Assembly: GCA_964016885.1 (NCBI GenBank)
Contig: OZ024740.1
Coordinates: 430,032,001 to 430,096,000 of the forward strand
DNA from: Eledone cirrhosa
Lineage: Eukaryota
Length of the DNA: 64,000 nt
Direction: 5' to 3'
Position 1 is the stretch's first letter. Each line of letters opens with the position of its first letter. The position numbers and the translations under genes are program-made. The notes under the pieces are model-generated. The model was given only the letters and a program-made list of their open reading frames with translations. It was not told where the DNA came from and did no database searches. Below are positions 27,001-42,000 of the stretch, piece after piece.

Positions 27001-30000
27001 CCAAAGTTACCTTGGTGTAGGTGGTGCTTGATGTACAACAACATGTGGAGGAGGTGAGACAGGAGTTTCTGACAGTAATGTCTACCACCAAAGTTACCTT
27101 GGTGTAGGTGGTGCCAGATACACAATAACATGTGGAGGAGGTGAGACAGGAGTTTCTGACAGTAATGTCTACCACCAAAGTTACCTTGGTGTAGGTGGTG
27201 CCAGATACACAATAACATGTGGAGGAGGTGAGACAGGAGTTTCTGACAGTAATGTCTACCACCAAAGTTACCTTGGTGTAGGTGGTACCAGATGTACAAT
27301 AACATGTGGAGGAGGTGAGACAGGAGTTTCTGACAGTAATGTCTACCACCAAAGTTACCTTGGTGTAGGTGGTGTCAGATACACAATAACATGTGGAAGG
27401 GGTGAGACAGGAGTTTCTGACAGTAATGTCTACCACCAAAGTTACCTTGGTGTAGGTGGTGCCAGATACACAATAACATGTGGAGGAGGTGAGACAGGAG
27501 TTTCTGACAGTAATGTCTACCACCAAAGTTACCATGGTGTAGGTGGTGCCAGATGTACAACAACATATGGAGGAGGTGAGACAGGAGTTTCTGACAGTAA
27601 TGTCTACCACCAAAGTTACCTTGGTGTAGGTGGTGCCAGATACACAATAACATGTGGAGGAGGTGAGACAGGAGTTTCTGACAGTAATATCTACCACCAA
27701 AGTTACCTTGGTGTAGGTGGTGCCAGATGTACAACAACATGTGAAGGAGGTGAGACAGGAGTTTCTGACAGTAATGTCTACCACCAAAGTTACCTTGGTG
27801 TAGGTGGTGCCAGATACACAATAACATGTGGAGGAGGTGAGACAGGAGTTTCTGACAGTAATGACTACCACCAAAGTTACCTTGGTGTAGGTGGTGCCAG
27901 ATGTACAATAACATATGGAGGAGGTGAGACAGGTGTTTCTGACAGTAATGTCTACCACCAAAGTTACCTTGGTGTAGGTGGTGCCAGATACACAATAACA
28001 TGTGGAGGAGGTGGGGCAGGAGTTGCTGACAGTAATGTCTACCACCAAAGTTACCTTGGTGTAGGTGGTGCCAGATGTACAATAATATGTGGAGGAGGTG
28101 AGACAGGAGTTTCTGACAGTAATGTCTACCACCAAAGTTACCTTGGTGTAGGTGGTGCCAGATACACAATAACATGTGGAGGAGGTGAGACAGGAGTTTC
28201 TGACAGTAATGTCTACCTCCAAAGTTACCTTGATGTAGGTGGTGCCAGATACACAATAACATATGGAGGAGGTGAGACAGGAGTTTCTGACAGTAATGTC
28301 TACCACCAAAGTTACCTTGGTGTAGGTGGTGCCAGATGTACAACAACATGTGGAGGAGGTGAGACAGGAGTTTCTGACAGTAATGTCTACCACCAAAGTT
28401 ACCTTGGTGTAGGTGGTGCCAGATGTACAACAACATGTGGAGGAGGTGAGACAGGAGTTTCTGACAGTAATGTCTACCACCAAAGTTACCTTGGTGTAGG
28501 TGGTGCCAGATGTACAACAACATGTGGAGGAGGTGAGACAGGAGTTTCTGACAGTAATGTCTACCACCAAAGTTACCTTGGTGTAGGTGGTGCCAGATGT
28601 ACAACAACATGTGGAGGAGGTGAGACAGGAGTTTCTGACAGTAATGTCTACCACCAAAGTTACCTTGGTGTAGGTGGTGCCAGACACACAATAACATGTG
28701 GAGGAGGTGAGACAGGAGTTTCTGACTGTAATGTCTACCACCAAAGTTACCTTGGTGTAGGTGGTGCCAGATACACAATAACAAGTGGAGGAGGTGAGAC
28801 AGGAGTTTCTGACAGTAATGTCTACCACCAAAGTTACCTTGATGTAGGTGGTGCCAGATGTACAATAATATGTGGAGGAGGTGAGACAGGAGTTTCTGAC
28901 AGTAATGTCTACCACCAAAGTTACCTTGGTGTAGGTGGTGCCAGATGTACAATAACATATGGAGGAGGTGAGACAGGAGTTTCTGACAGTAATGTCTACC
29001 ACCAAAGTTACCTTGGTGTAGGTGGTGCCAGATGTACAATAACATATGGAGGAGGTGAGACAGGAGTCTCTGACAGTAATGTCTAGCACCAAAGTTACCT
29101 TGGTGTAGGTGGTGCCAGATACATAATAACATGTGGAGGAGGTGAGACAGGAGTTTCTGACAGTAATGTCTACCACCAAAGTTACCTTGGTGTAGGTGGT
29201 GCCAGATACATAATAACATGTGGAGGAGGTGAGACAGGAGTTTCTGACAGTGATGTCTACCACCAAAGTTACCTTGGTGTAGGTGGTGCCAGATACATAA
29301 TAACATGTGGAGGAGGTGAGACAGGAGTTTCTGACTGTAATGTCTACCACCAAAGTTACCTTGGTGTAGGTGGTGCCAGATACATAATAACATGTGGAGG
29401 AGGTGAGACAGGAGTTTCTGACTGTAATGCCTACCACCAAAGTTACCTTGGTGTAGGTGGTGCCAGATGTACAACAACATGTGGAGGAGGTGAGACAGGA
29501 GTTTCTCACAGTAATGTCTACCACCAAAGTTACCTTGGTGTAGGTGGTGCCAGATACACAATAACATGTGGAGGAGGTGAGACAGGAGTTTCTGACAGTA
29601 ATGACTACCACCAAAGTTACCTTGGTGTAGGTGGTGCCAGATGTAGAATAACATGTGGAGGAGGGGAGACAGGAGTTTCTGACAGTAATGTCTACCACCA
29701 AAGTTACCTTGCTGTAGGTGGTGCCAGATGTACAACATGTGGAGGAGGTGAGACAGGAGTTTCTGACAGTAATGTCTACCACCAAAGTTACCTTGGTGTA
29801 GGTGGTGCCAGATGTAGAATAACATGTGGAGGAGGGGAGACAGGAGTTTCTGACAGTAATGTCTACCACCAAAGTTACCTTGCTGTAGGTGGTGCCAGAT
29901 GTACAACATGTGGAGGAGGTGAGACAGGAGTTTCTGACAGTAATGTCTACCACCAAAGTTACCTTGGTGTAGGTGGTGCCAGATACACAATAACATGTGG

Positions 30001-33000
30001 AGGAGGTGAGACAGGAGTTTCTGACAGTAATGTCTACCACCAAAGTTACCTTGGTGTAGGTGGTGCCAGATACACAATAACATGTGGAGGAGGTGAGACA
30101 GGAGTTTCTGACAGTAATGTCTACAACCAAAGTTACCTTGGTGTAGGTGGTGCCAGATACATAATAGCATGTGGTGGAGGTTAGACAGGAGTTTCTGACT
30201 GTAATGTCTACCACCAAACTTACCTTGGTGTAGGTGGTGCCAGATACATAATAACATGTGGAGGAGGTGAGACAGGAGTTTCTGACAGTAATGTCTACCA
30301 CCAAAGTTACCTTGGTGTAGGTGGTGCCAGATGTACAACAACATGTGGTGGAGGTGAGACAGGAGTTTCTGACTGTAATGTCTACCACCAAAGTTACCTT
30401 GGTGTAGATGGTGCCAGATACACAATAACATGTGGAGGAGGTGAGACAGGAGTTTCTGACAGTAATGTCTACCACCAAAGTTACCTTGGTGTAGGTGGTG
30501 CCAGATGTACAACAACATGTGGAGGAGGTGAGACAGGAGTTTCTGACAGTAATGTCTACCACCAAAGTTACCTTGGTGTAGGTGGTGCCAGATACACAAT
30601 AACATGTGGAGGAGGTGAGACAGGAGTTTCTGACAGTAATATCTACCACCAAAGTTACCTTGGTGTAGGTGGTGCTTGATGTACAACAACATGTGGAGGA
30701 GGTGAGACAGGAGTTTCTGACAGTAATGTCTACCACCAAAGTTACCTTGGTGTAGGTGGTGCCAGATACACAATAACATGTGGAGGAGGTGAGACAGGAG
30801 TTTCTGACAGTAATGTCTACCACCAAAGTTACCTTGGTGTAGGTGGTGCCAGATACACAATAACATGTGGAGGAGGTGAGACAGGAGTTTCTGACAGTAA
30901 TGTCTACCACCAAAGTTACCTTGGTGTAGGTGGTACCAGATGTACAATAACATGTGGAGGAGGTGAGACAGGAGTTTCTGACAGTAATGTCTACCACCAA
31001 AGTTACCTTGGTGTAGGTGGTGTCAGATACACAATAACATGTGGAAGGGGTGAGACAGGAGTTTCTGACAGTAATGTCTACCACCAAAGTTACCTTGGTG
31101 TAGGTGGTGCCAGATACACAATAACATGTGGAGGAGGTGAGACAGGAGTTTCTGACAGTAATGTCTACCACCAAAGTTACCATGGTGTAGGTGGTGCCAG
31201 ATGTACAACAACATATGGAGGAGGTGAGACAGGAGTTTCTGACAGTAATGTCTACCACCAAAGTTACCTTGGTGTAGGTGGTGCCAGATACACAATAACA
31301 TGTGGAGGAGGTGAGACAGGAGTTTCTGACAGTAATATCTACCACCAAAGTTACCTTGGTGTAGGTGGTGCCAGATGTACAACAACATGTGAAGGAGGTG
31401 AGACAGGAGTTTCTGACAGTAATGTCTACCACCAAAGTTACCTTGGTGTAGGTGGTGCCAGATACACAATAACATGTGGAGGAGGTGAGACAGGAGTTTC
31501 TGACAGTAATGACTACCACCAAAGTTACCTTGGTGTAGGTGGTGCCAGATGTACAATAACATATGGAGGAGGTGAGACAGGTGTTTCTGACAGTAATGTC
31601 TACCACCAAAGTTACCTTGGTGTAGGTGGTGCCAGATACACAATAACATGTGGAGGAGGTGGGGCAGGAGTTGCTGACAGTAATGTCTACCACCAAAGTT
31701 ACCTTGGTGTAGGTGGTGCCAGATACATAAAAACAAGTGGAGGAGGTGAGACAGGAGTTTCTGACAGTAATGTCTACCACCAAAGTTACCTTGGTGTAGG
31801 TGGTGCCAGATGTACAATAATATGTGGAGGAGGTGAGACAGGAGTTTCTGACAGTAATGTCTACCACCAAAGTTACCTTGGTGTAGGTGGTGCCAGATAC
31901 ACAATAACATGTGGAGGAGGTGAGACAGGAGTTTCTGACAGTAATGTCTACCTCCAAAGTTACCTTGATGTAGGTGGTGCCAGATACACAATAACATATG
32001 GAGGAGGTGAGACAGGAGTTTCTGACAGTAATGTCTACCACCAAAGTTACCTTGGTGTAGGTGGTGCCAGATGTACAACAACATGTGGAGGAGGTGAGAC
32101 AGGAGTTTCTGACAGTAATGTCTACCACCAAAGTTACCTTGGTGTAGGTGGTGCCAGATGTACAACAACATGTGGAGGAGGTGAGACAGGAGTTTCTGAC
32201 AGTAATGTCTACCACCAAAGTTACCTTGGTGTAGGTGGTGCCAGATGTACAACAACATGTGGAGGAGGTGAGACAGGAGTTTCTGACAGTAATGTCTACC
32301 ACCAAAGTTACCTTGGTGTAGGTGGTGCCAGATGTACAACAACATGTGGAGGAGGTGAGACAGGAGTTTCTGACAGTAATGTCTACCACCAAAGTTACCT
32401 TGGTGTAGGTGGTGCCAGACACACAATAACATGTGGAGGAGGTGAGACAGGAGTTTCTGACTGTAATGTCTACCACCAAAGTTACCTTGGTGTAGGTGGT
32501 GCCAGATACACAATAACAAGTGGAGGAGGTGAGACAGGAGTTTCTGACAGTAATGTCTACCACCAAAGTTACCTTGGTGTAGGTGGTGCCAGATGTACAA
32601 TAATATGTGGAGGAGGTGAGACAGGAGTTTCTGACAGTAATGTCTACCACCAAAGTTACCTTGGTGTAGGTGGTGCCAGATGTACAATAACATATGGAGG
32701 AGGTGAGACAGGAGTTTCTGACAGTAATGTCTACCACCAAAGTTACCTTGGTGTAGGTGGTGCCAGATGTACAATAACATATGGAGGAGGTGAGACAGGA
32801 GTCTCTGACAGTAATGTCTAGCACCAAAGTTACCTTGGTGTAGGTGGTGCCAGATACATAATAACATGTGGAGGAGGTGAGACAGGAGTTTCTGACAGTA
32901 ATGTCTACCACCAAAGTTACCTTGGTGTAGGTGGTGCCAGATACATAATAACATGTGGAGGAGGTGAGACAGGAGTTTCTGACAGTGATGTCTACCACCA

Positions 33001-36000
33001 AAGTTACCTTGGTGTAGGTGGTGCCAGATACATAATAACATGTGGAGGAGGTGAGACAGGAGTTTCTGACTGTAATGTCTACCACCAAAGTTACCTTGGT
33101 GTAGGTGGTGCCAGATACATAATAACATGTGGAGGAGGTGAGACAGGAGTTTCTGACTGTAATGCCTACCACCAAAGTTACCTTGGTGTAGGTGGTGCCA
33201 GATGTACAACAACATGTGGAGGAGGTGAGACAGGAGTTTCTCACAGTAATGTCTACCACCAAAGTTACCTTGGTGTAGGTGGTGCCAGATACACAATAAC
33301 ATGTGGTGGAGGTGAGACAGGAGTTTCTGACAGTAATGTCTACCACCAAAGTTACTTTGGTGTAGGTGGTGCCAGATACACAATAACAAGTGGAGGAGGT
33401 GAGACAGGAGTTTCTGACAGTAATGTCTACCAGCAAAGTTACCTTGGTGTAGGTGGTGCCAGATGTACAATAATATGTGGAGGAGGTGAGACAGGAGTTT
33501 CTGACAGTAATGTCTACCACCAAAGTTACCTTGGTGTAGGTGGTGCCAGATACACAATAACAAGTGGAGGAGGTGAGACAGGAGTTTCTGACAGTAATGT
33601 CTACCACCAAAGTTACCTTGGTGTAGGTGGTGCCAGATGTACAATAACATGTGGAGGAGGTGAGACAGGAGTTTCTGACTGTAATATCTACCACCAAAGT
33701 TACCTTGGTGTAGGTGGTGCCAGATACATAATAACATGTGGAGGAGGTGAGACAGGAGTTTCTGACAGTAATGTCTACCACCAAAGTTACCTTGGTGTAG
33801 GTGGTGCCAGATGTAGAATAACATGTGGAGGAGGTGAGACAGGAGTTTCTGACAGTAATGTCTACCACCAAAGTTACCTTGGTGTAGGTGGTGCCAGATA
33901 CATAATAACATATGGAGGAGGTGAGACAGGAGTTTCTGACAGTAATGTCTACCACCAAAGTTACCTTGGTGTAGGTGGTGCCAGATGTAGAATAACATGT
34001 GGAGGAGGGGAGACAGGAGTTTCTGACAGTAATGTCTACCACCAAAGTTACCTTGCTGTAGGTGGTGCCAGATGTACAACATGTGGAGGAGGTGAGACAG
34101 GAGTTTCTGACAGTAATGTCTTCCACCAAAGTTACCTTGGTGTAGGTGGTGCCAGATACACAATAACATGTGGAGGAGGTGAGACAGGAGTTTCTGACAG
34201 TAATGTCTTCCACCAAAGTTACCTTGGTGTAGGTGGTGCCAGATACACAATAACATGTGGAGGAGGTGAGACAGGAGTTTCTGACAGTAATGTCTACAAC
34301 CAAAGTTACCTTGGTGTAGGTGGTGCCAGATACACAATAACATGTGGAGGAGGTGAGACAGGAGTTTCTGACAGTAATGTCTACCACCAAAGTTACCTTG
34401 GTGTAGGTGGTGCCAGATACACAATAACATGTGGAGGAGGTGAGACAGGAGTTTCTGACAGTAATGTCTACCACCAAAGTTACCTTGGTGTAGGTGGTGC
34501 CAGATGTACAATAACATGTGGAGGAGGTGAGACAGGAGTTTCTGACAGTAATGTCTACCACCAAAGTTACCTTGGTGTAGGTGGTGTCAGATACACAATA
34601 ACATGTGGAAGGGGTGAGACAGGAGTTTCTGACAGTAATGTCTACCACCAAAGTTACCTTGGTGTAGGTGGTGCCAGATACACAATAACATGTGGAGGAG
34701 GTGAGACAGGAGTTTCTGACAGTAATGTCTACCACCAAAGTTACCATGGTGTAGGTGGTGCCAGATGTACAACAACATATGGAGGAGGTGAGACAGGAGT
34801 TTCTGACAGTAATGTCTACCACCAAAGTTACCTTGGTGTAGGTGGTGCCAGATACACAATAACATGTGGAGGAGGTGAGACAGGAGTTTCTGACAGTAAT
34901 ATCTACCACCAAAGTTACGTTGGTGTAGGTGGTGCCAGATGTACAACAACATGTGAAGGAGGTGAGACAGGAGTTTCTGACAGTAATGTCTACCACCAAA
35001 GTTACCTTGGTGTAGGTGGTGCCAGATACACAATAACATGTGGAGGAGGTGAGACAGGAGTTTCTGACAGTAATGACTACCACCAAAGTTACCTTGGTGT
35101 AGGTGGTGCCAGATGTACAATAACATATGGAGGAGGTGAGACAGGTGTTTCTGACAGTAATGTCTACCACCAAAGTTACCTTGGTGTAGGTGGTGCCAGA
35201 TACATAATAACATGTGGAGGAGGTGAGACAGGAGTTTCTGACAGTAACGTCTTCCAAAGTTACCTTGGTGTAGGTGGTGCCAGATACACAATAACACGTG
35301 GAGGAGGTGAGACAGGAGTTTCTGACAGTAATGTCTACCACCAAAGTTACCTTGGTGTAGGTGGTGCCAGATACACAATAACATGTGGAGGAGGTGAGAC
35401 AGGAGTTTCTGACAGTAATGTCTACCACCAAAGTTACCTTGGTGTAGGTGGTGCCAGATACACAATAACATGTGGAGGAGGTGAGACAGGAGTTTCTGAC
35501 AGTAATGTCTACAACCAAAGTTACCTTGGTGTAGGTGGTGCCAGATACATAATAACATGTGGTGGAGGTTAGACAGGAGTTTCTGACTGTAATGTCTACC
35601 ACCAAAGTTACCTTGGTGTAGGTGGTGCCAGATACATAATAACATGTGGAGGAGGTGAGACAGGAGTTTCTGACAGTAATGTCTACCACCAAAGTTACCT
35701 TGGTGTAGGTGGTGCCAGATGTACAACAACATGTGGTGGAGGTGAGACAGGAGTTTCTGACTGTAATGTCTACCACCAAAGTTACCTTGGTGTAGATGGT
35801 GCCAGATACACAATAACATGTGGAGGAGGTGAGACAGGAGTTTCTGACAGTAATGTCTACCACCAAAGTTACCTTGGTGTAGGTGGTGCCAGATACACAA
35901 TAACATGTGGAGGAGGTGAGACAGGAGTTTCTGACAGTAATATCTACCACCAAAGTTACCTTGGTGTAGGTGGTGCTTGATGTACAACAACATGTGGAGG

Positions 36001-39000
36001 AGGTGAGACAGGAGTTTCTGACAGTAATGTCTACCACCAAAGTTACCTTGGTGTAGGTGGTGCCAGATGTAGAATAACATGTGGAGGAGGGGAGACAGGA
36101 GTTTCTGACAGTAATGTCTACCACCAAAGTTACCTTGCTGTAGGTGGTGCCAGATGTACAACATGTGGAGGAGGTGAGACAGGAGTTTCTGACAGTAATG
36201 TCTTCCACCAAAGTTACCTTGGTGTAGGTGGTGCCAGATACACAATAACATGTGGAGGAGGTGAGACAGGAGTTTCTGACAGTAATGTCTTCCACCAAAG
36301 TTACCTTGGTGTAGGTGGTGCCAGATACACAATAACATGTGGAGGAGGTGAGACAGGAGTTTCTGACAGTAATGTCTACCACCAAAGTTACCTTGGTGTA
36401 GGTGGTGTCAGATGCATAATAACATGTGGAGGAGGTGAGACAGGAGTTTCTGACAGTAATGTCTACCACCAAAGTTACCTTGGTGTAGGTGGTGCCAGAT
36501 GTACAACAACATGTGGTGGAGGTGAGACAGGAGTTTCTGACTGTAATGTCTACCACCAAAGTTACCTTGGTGTAGATGGTGCCAGATACACAATAACATG
36601 TGGAGGAGGTGAGACAGGAGTTTCTGACAGTAATGTCTACCACCAAAGTTACCTTGGTGTAGGTGGTGCCAGATGTACAACAACATGTGGAGGAGGTGAG
36701 ACAGGAGTTTCTGACAGTAATGTCTACCACCAAAGTTACCTTGGTGTAGGTGGTGCCAGATACACAATAACATGTGGAGGAGGTGAGACAGGAGTTTCTG
36801 ACAGTAATATCTACCACCAAAGTTACCTTGGTGTAGGTGGTGCTTGATGTACAACAACATGTGGAGGAGGTGAGACAGGAGTTTCTGACAGTAATGTCTA
36901 CCACCAAAGTTACCTTGGTGTAGGTGGTGCCAGATACACAATAACATGTGGAGGAGGTGAGACAGGAGTTTCTGACAGTAATGTCTACCACCAAAGTTAC
37001 CTTGGTGTAGGTGGTGCCAGATACACAATAACATGTGGAGGAGGTGAGACAGGAGTTTCTGACAGTAATGTCTACCACCAAAGTTACCTTGGTGTAGGTG
37101 GTGCCAGATGTACAATAACATGTGGAGGAGGTGAGACAGGAGTTTCTGACAGTAATGTCTACCACCAAAGTTACCTTGGTGTAGGTGGTGTCAGATACAC
37201 AATAACATGTGGAAGGGGTGAGACAGGAGTTTCTGACAGTAATGTCTACCACCAAAGTTACCTTGGTGTAGGTGGTGCCAGATACACAATAACATGTGGA
37301 GGAGGTGAGACAGGAGTTTCTGACAGTAATGTCTACCACCAAAGTTACCATGGTGTAGGTGGTGCCAGATGTACAACAACATATGGAGGAGGTGAGACAG
37401 GAGTTTGTGACAGTAATGTCTACCACCAAAGTTACCTTGGTGTAGGTGGTGCCAGATACACAATAACATGTGGAGGAGGTGAGACAGGAGTTTCTGACAG
37501 TAATATCTACCACCAAAGTTACGTTGGTGTAGGTGGTGCCAGATGTACAACAACATGTGAAGGAGGTGAGACAGGAGTTTCTGACAGTAATGTCTACCAC
37601 CAAAGTTACCTTGGTGTAGGTGGTGCCAGATACACAATAACATGTGGAGGAGGTGAGACAGGAGTTTCTGACAGTAATGACTACCACCAAAGTTACCTTG
37701 GTGTAGGTGGTGCCAGATGTACAATAACATATGGAGGAGGTGAGACAGGTGTTTCTGACAGTAATGTCTACCACCAAAGTTACCTTGGTGTAGGTGGTGC
37801 CAGATACATAATAACATGTGGAGGAGGTGAGACAGGAGTTTCTGACAGTAACGTCTTCCAAAGTTACCTTGGTGTAGGTGGTGCCAGATACACAATAACA
37901 TGTGGAGGAGGTGAGACAGGAGTTTCTGACAGTAATGTCTACCACCAAAGTTACCTTGGTGTAGGTGGTGCCAGATGTAGAATAACATGTGGAGGAGGTG
38001 AGACAGGAGTTTCTGACAGTAATGTCTACCACCAAAGTTACCTTGGTGTAGGTGGTGCCAGATACACAATAACATGTGGAGGAGGTGAGACAGGAGTTTC
38101 TGACAGTAATGTCTACCACCAAAGTTACCTTGGTGTAGGTGGTGCCAGATACACAATAACATGTGGAGGAGGTGAGACAGGAGTTTCTGACAGTAATGTC
38201 TACCACCAAAGTTACCTTGGTGTAGGTGGTGCCAGATGTACAATAACATATGGAGGAGGTGAGACAGGAGTTTCTGACAGTAATGTCTACCACCAAAGTT
38301 ACCTTGGTGTAGGTGGTGCCAGATACACAATAACATGTGGAGGAGGTGAGACAGGAGTTTCTGACAGTAATGTCTACAACCAAAGTTACCTTGGTGTAGG
38401 TGGTGCCAGATACATAATAACATGTGGTGGAGGTTAGACAGGAGTTTCTGACTGTAATGTCTACCACCAAAGTTACCTTGGTGTAGGTGGTGCCAGATAC
38501 ATAATAACATGTGGAGGAGGTGAGACAGGAGTTTCTGACAGTAATGTCTACCACCAAAGTTACCTTGGTGTAGGTGGTGCCAGATGTACAACAACATGTG
38601 GTGGAGGTGAGACAGGAGTTTCTGACTGTAATGTCTACCACCAAAGTTACCTTGGTGTAGATGGTGCCAGATACACAATAACATGTGGAGGAGGTGAGAC
38701 AGGAGTTTCTGACAGTAATGTCTACCACCAAAGTTACCTTGGTGTAGGTGGTGCCAGATACACAATAACATGTGGAGGAGGTGAGACAGGAGTTTCTGAC
38801 AGTAATATCTACCACCAAAGTTACCTTGGTGTAGGTGGTGCTTGATGTACAACAACATGTGGAGGAGGTGAGACAGGAGTTTCTGACAGTAATGTCTACC
38901 ACCAAAGTTACCTTGGTGTAGGTGGTGCCAGATACACAATAACATGTGGAGGAGGTGAGACAGGAGTTTCTGACAGTAATGTCTACCACCAAAGTTACCT

Positions 39001-42000
39001 TGGTGTAGGTGGTGCCAGATACACAATAACATGTGGAGGAGGTGAGACAGGAGTTTCTGACAGTAATGTCTACCACCAAAGTTACCTTGGTGTAGGTGGT
39101 GCCAGATGTACAATAACATGTGGAGGAGGTGAGACAGGAGTTTCTGACAGTAATGTCTACCACCAAAGTTACCTTGGTGTAGGTGGTGTCAGATACACAA
39201 TAACATGTGGAAGGGGTGAGACAGGAGTTTCTGACAGTAATGTCTACCACCAAAGTTACCTTGGTGTAGGTGGTGCCAGATACACAATAACATGTGGAGG
39301 AGGTGAGACAGGAGTTTCTGACAGTAATGTCTACCACCAAAGTTACCATGGTGTAGGTGGTGCCAGATGTACAACAACATATGGAGGAGGTGAGACAGGA
39401 GTTTCTGACAGTAATGTCTACCACCAAAGTTACCTTGGTGTAGGTGGTGCCAGATACACAATAACATGTGGAGGAGGTGAGACAGGAGTTTCTGACAGTA
39501 ATATCTACCACCAAAGTTACCTTGGTGTAGGTGGTGCCAGATGTACAACAACATGTGAAGGAGGTGAGACAGGAGTTTCTGACAGTAATGTCTACCACCA
39601 AAGTTACCTTGGTGTAGGTGGTGCCAGATACATAAAAACAAGTGGAGGAGGTGAGACAGGAGTTTCTGACAGTAATGTCTACCACCAAAGTTACCTTGGT
39701 GTAGGTGGTGCCAGATGTACAATAATATGTGGAGGAGGTGAGACAGGAGTTTCTGACAGTAATGTCTACCACCAAAGTTACCTTGGTGTAGGTGGTGCCA
39801 GATACACAATAACATGTGGAGGAGGTGAGACAGGAGTTTCTGACAGTAATGTCTACCTCCAAAGTTACCTTGATGTAGGTGGTGCCAGATGTACAATAAC
39901 ATATGGAGGAGGTGAGACAGGAGTCTCTGACAGTAATGTCTACCACCAAAGTTACCTTGGTGTAGGTGGTGCCAGATACATAATAACATGTGGAGGAGGT
40001 GAGACAGGAGTTTCTGACAGTAATGTCTACCACCAAAGTTACCTTGGTGTAGGTGGTGCCAGATACACAATAACATATGGAGGAGGTGAGACAGGAGTTT
40101 CTGACAGTAATATCTACCACCAAAGTTACCTTGGTGTAGGTGGTGCCAGATGTACAACAACATGTGGAGGAGGTGAGACAGGAGTTTCTGACAGTAATGT
40201 CTACCACCAAAGTTACCTTGGTGTAGGTGGTGCCAGACACACAATAACATGTGGAGGAGGTGAGACAGGAGTTTCTGACTGTAATGTCTACCACCAAAGT
40301 TACCTTGGTGTAGGTGGTGCCAGATACACAATAACAAGTGGAGGAGGTGAGACAGGAGTTTCTGACAGTAATGTCTACCACCAAAGTTACCTTGGTGTAG
40401 GTGGTGCCAGATGTACAATAACATATGGAGGAGGTGAGACAGGAGTCTCTGACAGTAATGTCTACCACCAAAGTTACCTTGGTGTAGGTGGTGCCAGATA
40501 CATAATAACATGTGGAGGAGGTGAGACAGGAGTTTCTGACAGTAATGTCTACCACCAAAGTTACCTTGGTGTAGGTGGTGCCAGATACATAATAACATGT
40601 GGAGGAGGTGAGACAGGAGTTTCTGACAGTGATGTCTACCACCAAAGTTACCTTGGTGTAGGTGGTGCCAGATACATAATAACATGTGGAGGAGGTGAGA
40701 CAGGAGTTTCTGACAGTAATGTCTACCACCAAAGTTACCTTGGTGTAGGTGGTGCCAGATACATAATAACATGTGGAGGAGGTGAGACAGGAGTTTCTGA
40801 CTGTAATGCCTACCACCAAAGTTACCTTGGTGTAGGTGGTGCCAGATGTACAACAACATGTGGAGGAGGTGAGACAGGAGTTTCTCACAGTAATGTCTAC
40901 CACCAAAGTTACCTTGGTGTAGGTGGTGCCAGATACACAATAACATGTGGTGGAGGTGAGACAGGAGTTTCTGACAGTAATGTCTACCACCAAAGTTACT
41001 TTGGTGTAGGTGGTGCCAGATACACAATAACATGTGGAGGAGGTGAGACAGGAGTTTCTGACAGTAATGTCTACCACCAAAGTTACCTTGGTGTAGGTGG
41101 TGCCAGACACACAATAACATGTGGAGGAGGTGAGACAGGAGTTTCTGACTGTAATGTCTACCACCAAAGTTACCTTGGTGTAGGTGGTGCCAGATACACA
41201 ATAACAAGTGGAGGAGGTGAGACAGGATTTTCTGACAGTAATGTCTACCACCAAAGTTACCTTGGTGTAGGTGGTGCCAGATGTACAATAATATGTGGAG
41301 GAGGTGAGACAGGAGTTTCTGACAGTAATGTCTACCACCAAAGTTACCTTGGTGTAGGTGGTGCCAGATGTACAATAATATGTGGAGGAGGTGAGACAGG
41401 AGTTTCTGACAGTAATGTCTACCACCAAAGTTACCTTGGTGTAGGTGGTTCCAGATGTACAATAACATATGCAGGAGGTGAGACAGGAGTTTCTGACAGT
41501 AATGTCTACCACCAAAGTTACCTTGGTGTAGGTGGTGCCAGATACACAATAACATGTGGAGGAGGTGGGGCAGGAGTTTCTGACAGTAATGTCTACCACC
41601 AAAGTTACCTTGGTGTAGGTGGTGCCAGATACATAATAACATATGGAGGAGGTGAGACAGGAGTTTCTGACAGTAATGTCTACCACCAAAGTTACCTTGG
41701 TGTAGGTGGTGCCAGATGTACAATAACATGTGGAGGAGGTGAGACAGGAGTTTCTGACAGTAATGTCTACCACCAAAGTTACCTTGATGTAGGTGGTGCC
41801 AGATGTACAATAACATGTGGTGGAGGTGAGACAGGAGTTTCTGACTGTAATGTCTACCACCAAAGTTACCTTGGTGTAGGTGGTGCCAGATACACAATAA
41901 CATGTGGAGGAGGTGAGACAGGAGTTTCTGACAGTAATATCTACCACCAAAGTTACCTTGGTGTAGGTGGTGCCAGATGTACAACAACATGTGGAGGAGG